A stretch of DNA of 64,000 bases, taken from an uncultured Planctomycetia bacterium. Lineage in GTDB: Bacteria > Omnitrophota > Gorgyraeia > 2-02-FULL-51-18. Location of the stretch: NCBI GenBank assembly GCA_964606485.1, contig CAZSGP010000002.1, positions 319,620-383,619 on the forward strand, in the 5' to 3' direction. The position numbers and the translations under genes are program-made. Of this stretch, positions 11,068 to 20,973 are shown piece by piece; positions within the stretch are counted from its first letter, which is position 1; the number at the start of each line of letters is the position of its first letter. The notes beneath the pieces were generated by a model. That model worked only from the letters and a program-made list of their open reading frames with translations, made no database searches and was not told the DNA's origin.

Positions 11068-12707
11068 TTCCGTCGCAGAATCAAAATGGTTCCAATTTTC
11101 TTTTCAAGCGTGTAGCGCTCGTTTAAATAGGCTCCGACTTGGGGCAGCACTTCATCGGAGCGACCGATTGAAAGTGCCAAATCAGAAACCTCAGCACTTT
11201 TTAAAACGTACTGTGGATCCACCTTTTCTAAATCACTCAAAAGCGCATTCTGCCATTCGGGTTTAGCCCACGCGGCACCACTCACAGTAAAACTCCCCAC
11301 TCCCGGTCGGTTGCATAGAAAATTAAACACGCCGAGATCCGGAAATGTAAATAAAGTCTCCCCCGGCTTTGTGTTTTGTTGAATAAATTGAACGGTCTGC
11401 TCGATCTCCTGGGCCTGATCTTCAGCCACCCACAACCCCCGCGCGCGCGGCGCGAGCGCAACGTTCACCGGACGCAGTCCAAGCGAATCCACGCGCGTGA
11501 AACCTTTATCCGGATAACGCATCCACTCCGCTTTATGAAACTGATAGTGCACCCAACCCGAAAGATTATCCTGGTAGAACCTCTTTTGGGAGAAGATCAT
11601 AAATAAAAATGATATTGAAAGAAGCAGTGCTAGGGCACCTCTCTGAAGGCGCATTCGCAGGCTGAGCGGCCATGGAGTTCTGCCGAAGGCAGAACGAGCG
11701 AAGCCGAGAACCTGAGCGAAAGCCGCGACGGCAGCGCGGCCGAGCGTCGCCGGAAGAGAGGTGTCCTGGCGCTCGCGGATTAGGAGTTGGTAGCTCTTGA
11801 TACTAATAATAAACGAAACAATTGTGCAAACCGGAAGTGCCGCCTCAAACTGCGGACCCTGCACTGCCCGAAACGAATAGAAATAAAGCCCCGCTCCGAA
11901 TACGCTTAGAACAAAAAGCGCCTTCTTCTCAAAATGTTCCTCTTTGGTCCAGAGTGATTTTACGCTCACCATCAAAAAGCTAAACCCGTAGATAAAAAGC
12001 GGGTAGAAAAACTTCACGCGGCTGCGGGTTCCAAATGTAAATTCTTGCGCCCATATGCGGTAAGCGCCGAGCGACCGGAAATGCTCGATAAATCCATTTA
12101 ACGCACCACCCCAAACTAAAAGCGCAGCAAAAATCCCAAACACGGTGAGCGCGCCCATCGCATAACTGATTGCTCGCTCTCCTCGATTCTCAGATTCCCA
12201 TAAAAAGAATGTTCCAGCCGTTAAAAGCGAGAGCATTCCAAGATCGTACCCAAAAAGAAAACTGATAGCCGCCGTAAATCCTGCCAAATGAAACCATTTG
12301 GAATTTTTAAATTTCGCTCCGGCTACAAGTGCCGCAACTGATGCGTAAGCAAATGTGAGTCGCATCCCACCCCAACGACTCACCCAGAAAGGGTGATGAC
12401 CCTCGATCACCGCCACTGTAATCGCCAAAAGAGAAATCCAGTAATTTTTAAGAACGAGACGGCAAATGGCATACAAAAATAGGAAATTGAAAAAATCAGC
12501 ACACAAGAAAAACGCACGAAGAACGACGAGACTATCGCCCAACAGCTTCATCAAGGCGGCTGGCGCGTAACACGACAACGGACCGTATAAAAAATAAAAA
12601 TCCTTATAAATAATTTTACCGTCGAAGATCGCTTGAATGGCAGAGGCGTACCAGCCGCTCTCTAGATAATTTTCGAAGCCGCGGGCAAAATTCGGCTCAA
12701 AAACCAA
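11064..12707 (-). CDS. Polytopic membrane glycosyltransferase-like protein (ArnT/PMT-like, GT39/83 fold) with a C-terminal periplasmic domain
   Basis: 547 aa, about 10 predicted TM helices followed by a soluble C-terminal region. Its position next to the GT9 gene suggests LPS or glycan modification. Assignment to a specific family is tentative. Confidence 0.45.
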   Translation of the reverse strand: MVFEPNFARGFENYLESGWYASAIQAIFDGKIIYKDFYFLYGPLSCYAPAALMKLLGDSLVVLRAFFLCADFFNFLFLYAICRLVLKNYWISLLAITVAVIEGHHPFWVSRWGGMRLTFAYASVAALVAGAKFKNSKWFHLAGFTAAISFLFGYDLGMLSLLTAGTFFLWESENRGERAISYAMGALTVFGIFAALLVWGGALNGFIEHFRSLGAYRIWAQEFTFGTRSRVKFFYPLFIYGFSFLMVSVKSLWTKEEHFEKKALFVLSVFGAGLYFYSFRAVQGPQFEAALPVCTIVSFIISIKSYQLLIRERQDTSLPATLGRAAVAAFAQVLGFARSAFGRTPWPLSLRMRLQRGALALLLSISFLFMIFSQKRFYQDNLSGWVHYQFHKAEWMRYPDKGFTRVDSLGLRPVNVALAPRARGLWVAEDQAQEIEQTVQFIQQNTKPGETLFTFPDLGVFNFLCNRPGVGSFTVSGAAWAKPEWQNALLSDLEKVDPQYVLKSAEVSDLALSIGRSDEVLPQVGAYLNERYTLEKKIGTILILRRK

Positions 12708-12754
12708 AAAAGCAATGAGAGAGAACGGAAGAAGAATTTCAAAAAAAAGGAGTT

Positions 12755-13783
12755 TTAAGGTTTTAATACGATTTTCCCGAAATTAAGACGCGCTTCCATG
12801 CGCTGATGCGCCGCCGCGGCTTCTTTTAAAGGAAATACTCGGTCAACCGTGGGCCGAATCACTCCCTTTTCGACGAGGGCTAGCACTTTCAAGAGTTCTA
12901 GCTGGCTTCCCATGTACGCGCCGAGAATACTGAGTTGTTTGGAGAATAAAAAGCGGATATCGACTTCTGCTTTTGGGCCAGACGTTGCGCCGCAGGTCAC
13001 CATGCGTCCGCCGCGGGCGAGGCTCATTAAATTTTTAGGCCAAGTCTCAGGGCCGATGTGCTCAAAAATGACGTCTACTCCGCGCGCGTCAGTAAGTCTT
13101 TTTACTTCTTCCGAAAAATCTTTGTCGCGGTACAAAATAACTTCATCGGCTCCCAATTTTTTGGCGTGGTCCACTTTTTTTTCGTCACCCACCGTTGTGA
13201 GAATTCGCGCACCGATCGATTTGGCCAGTTGAACCGCCACACTCCCCACGCCGGAACCCGCCGCGTGCACCAAAATAGTTTCGCCTTTTTTTAAATCGGC
13301 GCGTGTCACGAGCATGTGATAGGCCGTAAGCGACACAAGTGGAAACGAAGCCCATTCTTCGAAGGAATATTTTTCGGAAACCGGAATGACGAAACGCTCA
13401 TTCACCGCGACGCGTTCGGCGTATCCCCCGTTGGATTGAAGACCCAAGATTTGAAATTGTGGAGAGTAGCTGTCTTTACCTTCAAAAGCTTCAACGGCTT
13501 CCAAAGGCAATTGACCGGGAGAGAGCACGACCCGATCCCCTTTTTTAAAACGCTTGGCAGCATTTCCCGTTTGAAGGACAATTCCGGAAACATCGGCGCC
13601 GAGAATATGAGGAAGGGGAATCTTGACGGTGGGCATCCCCTGCCGCGCCCAAATATCCAGGTGGTTAAGTGCGCAAGCTTTGATGTCGATTAAAACATCG
13701 CTCGGCCCTAAATTCGGATCAGGAAAATCGCCGTACTCTAAAACTTCGGGTCCGCCGTGATGGCGGAAAAATGTGGCTTTCAT
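12755..13783 (-). CDS. Zinc-binding/MDR-family NADPH:quinone oxidoreductase
   Basis: 342 aa. GroES-like N-domain and Rossmann motif HAAGSGVGSVAVQLAK. Confidence 0.8.
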   Translation of the reverse strand: MKATFFRHHGGPEVLEYGDFPDPNLGPSDVLIDIKACALNHLDIWARQGMPTVKIPLPHILGADVSGIVLQTGNAAKRFKKGDRVVLSPGQLPLEAVEAFEGKDSYSPQFQILGLQSNGGYAERVAVNERFVIPVSEKYSFEEWASFPLVSLTAYHMLVTRADLKKGETILVHAAGSGVGSVAVQLAKSIGARILTTVGDEKKVDHAKKLGADEVILYRDKDFSEEVKRLTDARGVDVIFEHIGPETWPKNLMSLARGGRMVTCGATSGPKAEVDIRFLFSKQLSILGAYMGSQLELLKVLALVEKGVIRPTVDRVFPLKEAAAAHQRMEARLNFGKIVLKP

Positions 13784-13787
13784 TTGT

Positions 13788-13862
13788 CATTGCGAGCGCA
13801 GCGAAGCAATCTCGCTTCAAACCGGGATTGCTTCGTCGCTCTCGCTCCTCGCAATGACATTT
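13788..13862. repeat. Imperfect 75-bp palindromic REP-like element (family 2: GTCATTGCGAGCG...GCAATGAC)
   Basis: The arm GTCATTGCGAGCGCAGCGAAGCAATC and its imperfect reverse complement GATTGCTTCGTCGCTCTCGCTCCTCGCAATGAC flank a central spacer. It lies between pepA and the quinone oxidoreductase gene. Confidence 0.65.
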
Positions 13863-13863
13863 C

Positions 13864-15312
13864 TTATAGATAACTCTTTACGAGGTTTACAAAAATCCGC
13901 ACGCCGACACCGGTCGCGCCAATCGGCGACAGCAATTTAGCTCCGCCTTCATTCCAAGCGGTCCCGGCCACGTCTAAATGCGCCCAGGATTTCGTGTGAT
14001 CGGCAAATTCTTTTAAGAACATTCCCGCCGTAATTGTTCCGGCGTAGCGCTTCGAAATATTCTGAATATCCGCGTAAGTGGCTTTGATGAGATCGCCGTA
14101 TTCTTCCCAGAGCGGAAGCTCCCAGAGACGTTCCCCGGCGCGCTCGCCTGCGTCTCTTAAACGGCTCGTGAGATCGGAATCCGTGCTCATGAGACCCGAA
14201 GCCAGATCCGCAAACGTCACGGAGCATGCTCCGGTTAGCGTCGCGATATCCACTAGCGCCTTAGGATTAAAGCGCTTCGCGAAAGACAGCGCGTCCGCCA
14301 AAATAAGGCGGCCTTCGGCATCCGTGTTCAAAACTTCAACGGTTTTTCCGTTCGAAATTTTAATAATGTCCCCGGGACGCATGGCCTTTGAACCCGGCAT
14401 ATTTTCGCAGACCGGTGTAATGCCAACCACTTTGATCGGCAATTTCAAATTCGCAATCGCCTTCATGGCGCCCATCACGGCCGCCGCGCCGCACATGTCG
14501 AATTTCATTTTATCCATGTCATTCGCGGGCTTAATCGAAATTCCGCCCGTATCAAATGTAATGCCTTTTCCAACCAGCACAATCGGCTCTTTAAAAAGAG
14601 GCTTCGTAACGCGGTTTTCGAGAACAATGAGCTGAGGATCAAAACTTGAGCCTTGTGAAACACCCAAAATTCCGCCCATGCCCATTTTTTTAATTTCCGC
14701 TTTGCCGTACACTTTGCAGGACAAGTTATTCTTTGCAGCCATTTCCTTAGCGGCTTTGGCGAGCGCTTGTGGTGTCATCACATTCGGCGGCTCGTTGGCC
14801 ACATTGCGGGTGAAATAAATACCTTCAGATACAGCCTCGGCATCCGCCATACCCTTTTCAATTGCCCGAACTTTTCCGGATTCTTTGGTCGTTAAAATAA
14901 ATTCTGAGATTTCAAAACCACTTTTTTTCTTGGACTTGTACTTGTCGAATTGATAATCCGAAAGCCTTAAGCCTTCCACGGCTGCACCGGCGACAAAATC
15001 GATGGAAATGTCGTGCGTCAGAAATCCATCCAAATCCAGCGCCACGGTTTTGTATTTAAAATGCTTGGCTTGAGCCAATACTTTGGCTGCTGCGAGCCGG
15101 ACTTTTTTGAGAGTGAGCTTTTCTTTTTTACCAAGGCCGATCATGAGCACAAATTTTGAGAGATTTTGCTTTGGGTTTGCCGCAAAATGCGTTTCGCCAT
15201 CGGCACCCTTAAATTCCACACCTGTCGCTTTCTCGTCGGCACCAAACTGCGCTACACCAATCAAATCCACCGCTTTATAATTTTTTCCGAGGACCTTTAA
15301 AACGATTTTCAT
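13864..15312 (-). CDS. pepA: Leucyl aminopeptidase (M17 family)
   Basis: 482 aa with the M17 signature NTDAEGRLILADAL and metal-binding residues. Confidence 0.9.
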   Translation of the reverse strand: MKIVLKVLGKNYKAVDLIGVAQFGADEKATGVEFKGADGETHFAANPKQNLSKFVLMIGLGKKEKLTLKKVRLAAAKVLAQAKHFKYKTVALDLDGFLTHDISIDFVAGAAVEGLRLSDYQFDKYKSKKKSGFEISEFILTTKESGKVRAIEKGMADAEAVSEGIYFTRNVANEPPNVMTPQALAKAAKEMAAKNNLSCKVYGKAEIKKMGMGGILGVSQGSSFDPQLIVLENRVTKPLFKEPIVLVGKGITFDTGGISIKPANDMDKMKFDMCGAAAVMGAMKAIANLKLPIKVVGITPVCENMPGSKAMRPGDIIKISNGKTVEVLNTDAEGRLILADALSFAKRFNPKALVDIATLTGACSVTFADLASGLMSTDSDLTSRLRDAGERAGERLWELPLWEEYGDLIKATYADIQNISKRYAGTITAGMFLKEFADHTKSWAHLDVAGTAWNEGGAKLLSPIGATGVGVRIFVNLVKSYL

Positions 15313-15324
15313 TTCTAGCTCCTT

Positions 15325-16374
15325 TTACGTGTGAATGGGTTCGGTGGTTAAAAGCGGCGTCATCTCACCCGCTTCTTTGTAGCCTAGTTTTTTTAAAAAA
15401 TCTTGAATCAATTCTTCTTCCACCTTGGTGCACTGTTCATGCTCCATATTGCAGTGCACTTGGCCTCCGGCAATCATGCCGTGCCCACCGGCCGTTCCTT
15501 TTTTTCCGATGAGTTTTCTTAAAAAATTTCCGGCGTTTCCATTGTGATTGGTGGTACGCAAGGATACGATCACTTTTTCTTTGTAGCGTCCGAGGCAAAT
15601 AGCCCAACTCATGCGCTCACAGCGAAGCATGAAGTCCGCGATCAGCGGCACGAAGTCCGGATTCTCAACTTCTCCGAGCGAACTCGCAACGGCGTTTTTA
15701 TAAACAAAGCTGTGATGGAGCGCCCGGTTCAAGGTGATGTAATAATTTCGCGGCAAGCGCGGATGCTCAATTTGCGCGAGCATTTTTTTATTACTCATCG
15801 GGAAAAGAGCCAGATACGCCTGAATATCTTTTTCCTGAGCTTCGCGGCCCAGATCCTGCGTTTCAGAGCTAATCCCATAGGATAGCGAGGTCGCCAGCGA
15901 CGATGGAATTTCCAAGCCGCTTGCCAATAAATACTCCGTCAAAATGGTGGCCGTGGCTCCATAATCAGTTCGGATATCGGCATACGCCGCTTTAGTTGTT
16001 TTTCTTAACGGGTGGTGATCAATCACAATTAAGGGATTTTTATTCTTTGGAAAACCGTTATTCCCGGTGCGCGGCTGCATGTCGACCACCGCGAAATCCG
16101 CGTCAGATTTATAATCCTGCTCTTTGATCGGAGAAACCTTGAGCTCTAGAATGCGAATCATGGTGCGGTTTTCGGCTCGGCCCACAATCCCACCGTATTT
16201 GACGACGGATGGGATTTTGAATTTATGCTGAGCAATATAGGCTAGAGTCAACGCGCTCGACACCGAATCCGGGTCGGGGTTGTCGTGCGTCATCACGATG
16301 AGACGCTTGGTATTTTTTAAAGCCTCTCCCATTTTCTCGAGGCGTTCTTGCATTTCAGCGGAAACTGAAATCAT
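15325..16374 (-). CDS. DHH-family phosphoesterase (NrnA-like oligoribonuclease/pAp phosphatase)
   Basis: 349 aa. DHH motifs VMTHDNPDPDSVSS and IVIDHHP, plus a DHHA1-like C-terminus with GGH. Confidence 0.8.
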   Translation of the reverse strand: MISVSAEMQERLEKMGEALKNTKRLIVMTHDNPDPDSVSSALTLAYIAQHKFKIPSVVKYGGIVGRAENRTMIRILELKVSPIKEQDYKSDADFAVVDMQPRTGNNGFPKNKNPLIVIDHHPLRKTTKAAYADIRTDYGATATILTEYLLASGLEIPSSLATSLSYGISSETQDLGREAQEKDIQAYLALFPMSNKKMLAQIEHPRLPRNYYITLNRALHHSFVYKNAVASSLGEVENPDFVPLIADFMLRCERMSWAICLGRYKEKVIVSLRTTNHNGNAGNFLRKLIGKKGTAGGHGMIAGGQVHCNMEHEQCTKVEEELIQDFLKKLGYKEAGEMTPLLTTEPIHT

Positions 16375-17538
16375 TTAATACCGCGGGCAGGACGCGTCGA
16401 CGTCCGTTGACCACGCATCGATGCCGCCAGCAAGATTGACCACATTTTTGTAGCCTAGCGCGTAAAGCGCTTTTGCCGCCTTCATGCTGCGGCCACCGAA
16501 ATGGCACTGCAACACAATTTCATCGCCTGGGTTTAGCTCTTTCGCACGTTCTTCGATGGCTCCGAGCGGAATGAGTTTCGAGCCCGGGATTTTGTTGATC
16601 TGATACTCAGACGGCTCACGCACGTCCACGAGCACAAATTTTTTCTTTTGATCCATCCAAGCTTTTAATTCCTTCGCTGAAATTTCGCGAACGCCACCAC
16701 TCGCTTGCGCACTAGTGGGCGTAGCCTCTTGGCCGCGCTTAGGGATTCCACAAAACGCGTCGTAGTCAATGAGCTCTGTGATGGTTGGATTTTCACTGCA
16801 AACCGGGCATTTGGGATTCTTGCGGAATTTAACCTCTCGAAACGTCATTTTCAAAGCGTCATAAAGCATGAGGCGGCCGATCAGGGGCTCGCCTTTTCCA
16901 ATAATCAGCTTCACCACCTCTGTCGCTTGAATCACGCCGATCACGCCTGGCAAAATTCCGAGCACTCCGCCTTCGGCGCAGCTAGGAACCATTCCGGGTG
17001 GAGGAGGTTCTGCGAACAAGCAGCGATAGCACGGACCTTTGCCCGGGTAAAACACCGTCGCTTGTCCATCGAACTGAAAAATGCTGCCGTACACAAACGG
17101 TTTTTTGGTAAAGATACACGCATCATTCACTAAATAGCGCGTCTGAAAATTATCCGTGCCATCAAGAACAATGTCGTAATCTTTGATCAATTTCATAATA
17201 TTATCTTTGGTCAGCATTTCGTTATAAGTGACCACTTTGACATTAGGATTGATCTCGGCGATGCGCTTTTTAGCGGATTCAACCTTAGGCTGATTCACGG
17301 TCGACGTGCTGTGAATAATTTGACGCTGGAGATTGGAGAAATCAACCACGTCGAAATCAATGAGACCCATTGTTCCAACACCCGCGGCTGCCAAATAAAG
17401 AGCCGCCGGAGATCCGAGTCCGCCGGTTCCAATTAAAAAAACTTTTGCGGCCTTAAGCTTCTCTTGGCCTTCAACACCCACTTCCGGCATAATGAGATGC
17501 CGGCTATATCTTAAAATTTCTTCCTGAGTCAGTGCCAT
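16375..17538 (-). CDS. MoeB/ThiF-type adenylyltransferase fused to a C-terminal rhodanese domain (MoeZ-like)
   Basis: The listed ORF has a non-homologous 36-aa N-terminal extension, so the start is taken at MALTQEEILRYSRHL. ThiF GXGXXG (IGTGGLGSPAALYLAAAG), CXXC pairs and a C-terminal rhodanese with active-site Cys (VLQCHFGGRS) are present. Confidence 0.85.
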   Translation of the reverse strand: MALTQEEILRYSRHLIMPEVGVEGQEKLKAAKVFLIGTGGLGSPAALYLAAAGVGTMGLIDFDVVDFSNLQRQIIHSTSTVNQPKVESAKKRIAEINPNVKVVTYNEMLTKDNIMKLIKDYDIVLDGTDNFQTRYLVNDACIFTKKPFVYGSIFQFDGQATVFYPGKGPCYRCLFAEPPPPGMVPSCAEGGVLGILPGVIGVIQATEVVKLIIGKGEPLIGRLMLYDALKMTFREVKFRKNPKCPVCSENPTITELIDYDAFCGIPKRGQEATPTSAQASGGVREISAKELKAWMDQKKKFVLVDVREPSEYQINKIPGSKLIPLGAIEERAKELNPGDEIVLQCHFGGRSMKAAKALYALGYKNVVNLAGGIDAWSTDVDASCPRY

Positions 17539-17655
17539 TTGAACAATCTCCCAATGCAGCGGGTCCTGCCGGCGGTTGTCCGTTCGGAACCACCTGCGGT
17601 GGCTTCCGAGACGGACGCCTACCGCCGTCACCCGCTGCCAAGCCACACATTCTTG

Positions 17656-18615
17656 TTATTCTACCATACTGATATTTTTTAGGACTACTTCAGCGTTTTT
17701 GACAAGTCCCTGCCGTTTGGCGCGCTTAACCGGGCTACCTTGAAATCGGGCTTGAAATTGCTCGTCCGAGGAGAAATTCTGTATTTCGTTCAAATCGAGC
17801 CACGTCCCCGCTATTTTGTTGGGGTAGAGTTCAGCGTGCCGCGTCGTCTTCGCTTTATGATTATACGGGCAGACATCTTGGCAAATGTCGCACCCGAACG
17901 CCCATTCCCCCACTCCCTTTTGCAGTTCCTGCGGAATCGGCTGTTTGGATTCGATGGTTAAATACGAAATGCACCGCCTCGCGTCTATTTCATAGTTCCC
18001 TAAAAGGGCGTTTGTAGGACAAGCATCAATGCAGATCCGGCAGGAACCGCACGAACCCGTGTGCGGCGAATCCGGTTCAAGCTCTAAATCTGTGATGAGA
18101 CTCGCCAAGAATACAAACGACCCGAAATTTTTCGTGATGATATTCGTATTCTTCCCAAAAAAACCGAGCCCCGCTTCTTTTGCGAACGCTTTTTCTAAAA
18201 CCGGTCCCGTGTCGACATAAGTTTTCACTTGCGCGCCTGGAGAGAGCTCCAGAATATAATTGCGGAGTAGCTTTAATTTTTTTTCGATAATTTTATGGTA
18301 ATCGCGGCCATAGGCGTACTTCGCCACTTTTCCAACCGGCCGGTCCGTGGGCTTCGGGTCATCCGGATGATGGTAATTAATGACAAGTGAGATGACGGAC
18401 TTCGCGCCGGGTAAAACTTGCTGAGCATCGGTTCGTTTCTTGGGATCGCGTTCCATGTAGTCCATGGAACCGGCGTGGCCTTTTTTGATCCAGACTTCTA
18501 AAGCATCGGAATGAATCTGCGGGAGAGCGGCCAAAGAAAAACCGGCAAGATCAAAACCCGCTTCGTTTAAAGCGAAATCTTTAATCTTGCCGGTTAGAAC
18601 AGAATTTATTCCCAA
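17656..18615 (-). CDS. queG: tRNA epoxyqueuosine(34) reductase
   Basis: 319 aa with two 4Fe-4S motifs (CGSCRICIDACP, CDICQDVCPYN) and the QueG cobalamin-binding fold. Confidence 0.85.
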   Translation of the reverse strand: MGINSVLTGKIKDFALNEAGFDLAGFSLAALPQIHSDALEVWIKKGHAGSMDYMERDPKKRTDAQQVLPGAKSVISLVINYHHPDDPKPTDRPVGKVAKYAYGRDYHKIIEKKLKLLRNYILELSPGAQVKTYVDTGPVLEKAFAKEAGLGFFGKNTNIITKNFGSFVFLASLITDLELEPDSPHTGSCGSCRICIDACPTNALLGNYEIDARRCISYLTIESKQPIPQELQKGVGEWAFGCDICQDVCPYNHKAKTTRHAELYPNKIAGTWLDLNEIQNFSSDEQFQARFQGSPVKRAKRQGLVKNAEVVLKNISMVE

Positions 18616-19382
18616 ACCTCTTCTTCGGAAATTACTTTTCCATCGGAGTTAAATTTGCGGATAATTTTTTTCTTGAGCTGTGACTGCTGTTGCTGCACAG
18701 GCGCTTGTTGCTGATAAGAAGGTTGTTGATATGAAGGCTGCTGGTACTGGACCGGCGCCTGCTGAACATAAACCGTCTGAGGCTGCTGCTGGGGTTGAGA
18801 ACCGCTTCCCATCAGCGTGTCGAGAAGCGCACCACCAATGACGTTTGTTCCTGCTCCAATCAGAGCGCCCTTGCCGGCTTTTCCGCCCGAAGCACTGGCC
18901 GAAATCGCACCAACACCGGCGCCCAAGAGACCCTGCTTAATAATTTTTTTATTCGGATCCTCTTGCTGAGGCTGTTGATAAACCGGAGCTTGCTGAACAT
19001 AGACGGGCTGGGGCTCATACACCGGTTGAGATTGAACCGTCTGAACCGGATAAGAAGATTGAGCGTATTGAGGCTGTTGCTGCACGTATTGTGGGGCCGC
19101 TTGTACATACTGAACTTGTTGCTGTTGCGGCTTCGGAGAAGAGGTTAGCGTATCGAGTAGCGCGCCGCCAATTACGTTTGTTCCCGCACCCACCAAGGCA
19201 CCCGTCCCTGCTTTACCGCCAGATGCTTCCGCAGAAATGGCTCCGACACCAGCTCCCAAGAGACCTTGTTTTAAAATTTTCTTATTGGGATCTTCATTTC
19301 CCGAATAATCTTGGCCGTTGGCCCAAACCGTTGCGGCTGAAACCAGTAGCAAAAACGCTGTCAATTTCATCAATCTTTTCAT
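18606..19382 (-). CDS. Secreted repeat protein with two glycine-zipper modules separated by a Q/P/Y-rich low-complexity linker
   Basis: 258 aa with a signal peptide (MKRLMKLTAFLLLVSAATVWA). The ~60-aa unit EDPNKKI[LI]KQGLLGAGVGAISA.ASGGKAG.GAL.GAGTNVIGGALLDTL is duplicated and joined by QQ/PQ/Y-rich tracts. Confidence 0.6.
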   Translation of the reverse strand: MKRLMKLTAFLLLVSAATVWANGQDYSGNEDPNKKILKQGLLGAGVGAISAEASGGKAGTGALVGAGTNVIGGALLDTLTSSPKPQQQQVQYVQAAPQYVQQQPQYAQSSYPVQTVQSQPVYEPQPVYVQQAPVYQQPQQEDPNKKIIKQGLLGAGVGAISASASGGKAGKGALIGAGTNVIGGALLDTLMGSGSQPQQQPQTVYVQQAPVQYQQPSYQQPSYQQQAPVQQQQSQLKKKIIRKFNSDGKVISEEEVWE

Positions 19383-19412
19383 CGTGCTCTCCTCTAAAAA
19401 TATTGGCGGTTA

Positions 19413-20969
19413 TTATATCACTCTTTGAAACTTGTCGATAGGAAGCTTCCAGACGGGCACCCCGCAGAAACGGTCCCCTTCCGGACAAATCGGCCGTACT
19501 TGTGACAAATTGCGAATCCCACACGGCGGCAAAATAAATTTGGCTAAATCCGGAAAAATCCGGCCTACTTCTTCGACCTCATCCTTACACATATTCCAAA
19601 TTTCTTCCTGAGCGGTGTAGCAGAGGCGCTTGGTCCACTTATGATGATGATTCAGAAGATCGCCCGACTCGTGAAAGCGAATCGGAAACGCATTGGGCAA
19701 AAGATACAGTGCAAATTCTTCTTTAACGCCTTCGTTTAACAGCGCCGTGATAGCCTTCCAAGTCTTGCCCATGGTTTCGGCATAAAACGCCATCGCTTCG
19801 GAAGACGCTTTGACCAAGGCTGGAATCACGTAGTCGGGTTTACCCGGCACAAAATGACGGTGCAGCACCGGCCGCGACGCGGGAGTCATGCGGTGGCGCT
19901 GATCCTGAGAGTCTGCGGTGTGGCTAATTTTTTTCATAAACGTAAAATGTGGGTGCGACATGGTTCGCGATAACTTCCCAAGCGTCGTTAGATTCAAGTT
20001 TTCTCCAAAATACGGATTTTTTGAAGGATCCATCACAAGATTGATCGCGTCCTGCTCCGACAAGCGGCTCTTAGACAGTCCAAGCACCGCTCGCACCGCA
20101 TCGGCCATACTCTTTTGGCCGTTTATTTTGTGATCCACTAGCTTAGACGTCTTAGAGCCGAGTAAAGTGTCGAACTCTTTTAAGAATTCTTCACGGCTTG
20201 TCACCTCGCTAGCAGGAGATTGGCTTAAGAAAAATTCGTATTCGGGCGTTTCTTCAATCGGCAGCGGGTCTTCGATATTCTTAAAAAACAAAGGATCGAC
20301 CGCGCTTACGGCGTCGATCATTTTTTGAATCACAATTTTTTGTTCGTGCGGCGTGTCAAATTGCTGCGAAAGCTTATTGTAGCGGTGGAGCGTGATCCCG
20401 CTCACGGTGTGGTACAAATGCGCATGCGTCGCAAGCGGCAAAACGTAGCGCGCCACTTCTTGCCCACGTTTTTGCAAAGCGCTTTTCCATTTTTTAAGCT
20501 CCGGGTCACGGTTCGGGAAAATTTTGGCGTACTGCGCGCGCACGACCGGTTCTAAAATTTGAATGAGTTTTTCATAGGCTTCCATTTGGAAGTGGATCGT
20601 TTCGGTGTAAATTTCGCGCGCCTTGCCCTCGATTGGAGGAATTGCAAAATTCTCAGCCGACACGTGCACGTAGCGCTGGCTCACCTGCTCCGAATTGTAG
20701 AAAGGATGCGAATGAAGAAACGACCAGATGAATTGCCGAGAAACTTTATCGAGAATGAATTGAAACGTGGCGTGCTGAATCGTGGTGTGATGACCGGCCT
20801 TGTAAATAGATTCGGCAATCCGGTCGCGAAGTTCGAGCGCTTTCTGGTCCTTATGAACGTCCTCGGAGGTGATCACTCGCGAGGAGTAACACGTGCGGGC
20901 CGTTGCGACAGCGTTGTCGAACGGATCCTTGAAATAATTTTCGAGTTTAACGATAGGTTCGGGAGTCAT
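19413..20969 (-). CDS. thyX: Tandem-duplicated (two-domain) ThyX-like FAD-dependent thymidylate synthase
   Basis: Start taken at MTPEPIVKL with a ThyX-like N-terminus (ATARTCYSS). The first half has a ThyX pattern (AGHHTTIQHATFQF..VSR..SQRYV) but a degenerate RHR. The second half carries a ThyX-like RHR..S motif (QRHRMTPASRP). The upstream 93 codons of the listed ORF are rejected. Confidence 0.55.
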   Translation of the reverse strand: MTPEPIVKLENYFKDPFDNAVATARTCYSSRVITSEDVHKDQKALELRDRIAESIYKAGHHTTIQHATFQFILDKVSRQFIWSFLHSHPFYNSEQVSQRYVHVSAENFAIPPIEGKAREIYTETIHFQMEAYEKLIQILEPVVRAQYAKIFPNRDPELKKWKSALQKRGQEVARYVLPLATHAHLYHTVSGITLHRYNKLSQQFDTPHEQKIVIQKMIDAVSAVDPLFFKNIEDPLPIEETPEYEFFLSQSPASEVTSREEFLKEFDTLLGSKTSKLVDHKINGQKSMADAVRAVLGLSKSRLSEQDAINLVMDPSKNPYFGENLNLTTLGKLSRTMSHPHFTFMKKISHTADSQDQRHRMTPASRPVLHRHFVPGKPDYVIPALVKASSEAMAFYAETMGKTWKAITALLNEGVKEEFALYLLPNAFPIRFHESGDLLNHHHKWTKRLCYTAQEEIWNMCKDEVEEVGRIFPDLAKFILPPCGIRNLSQVRPICPEGDRFCGVPVWKLPIDKFQRVI

Positions 20970-20973
20970 GGCC

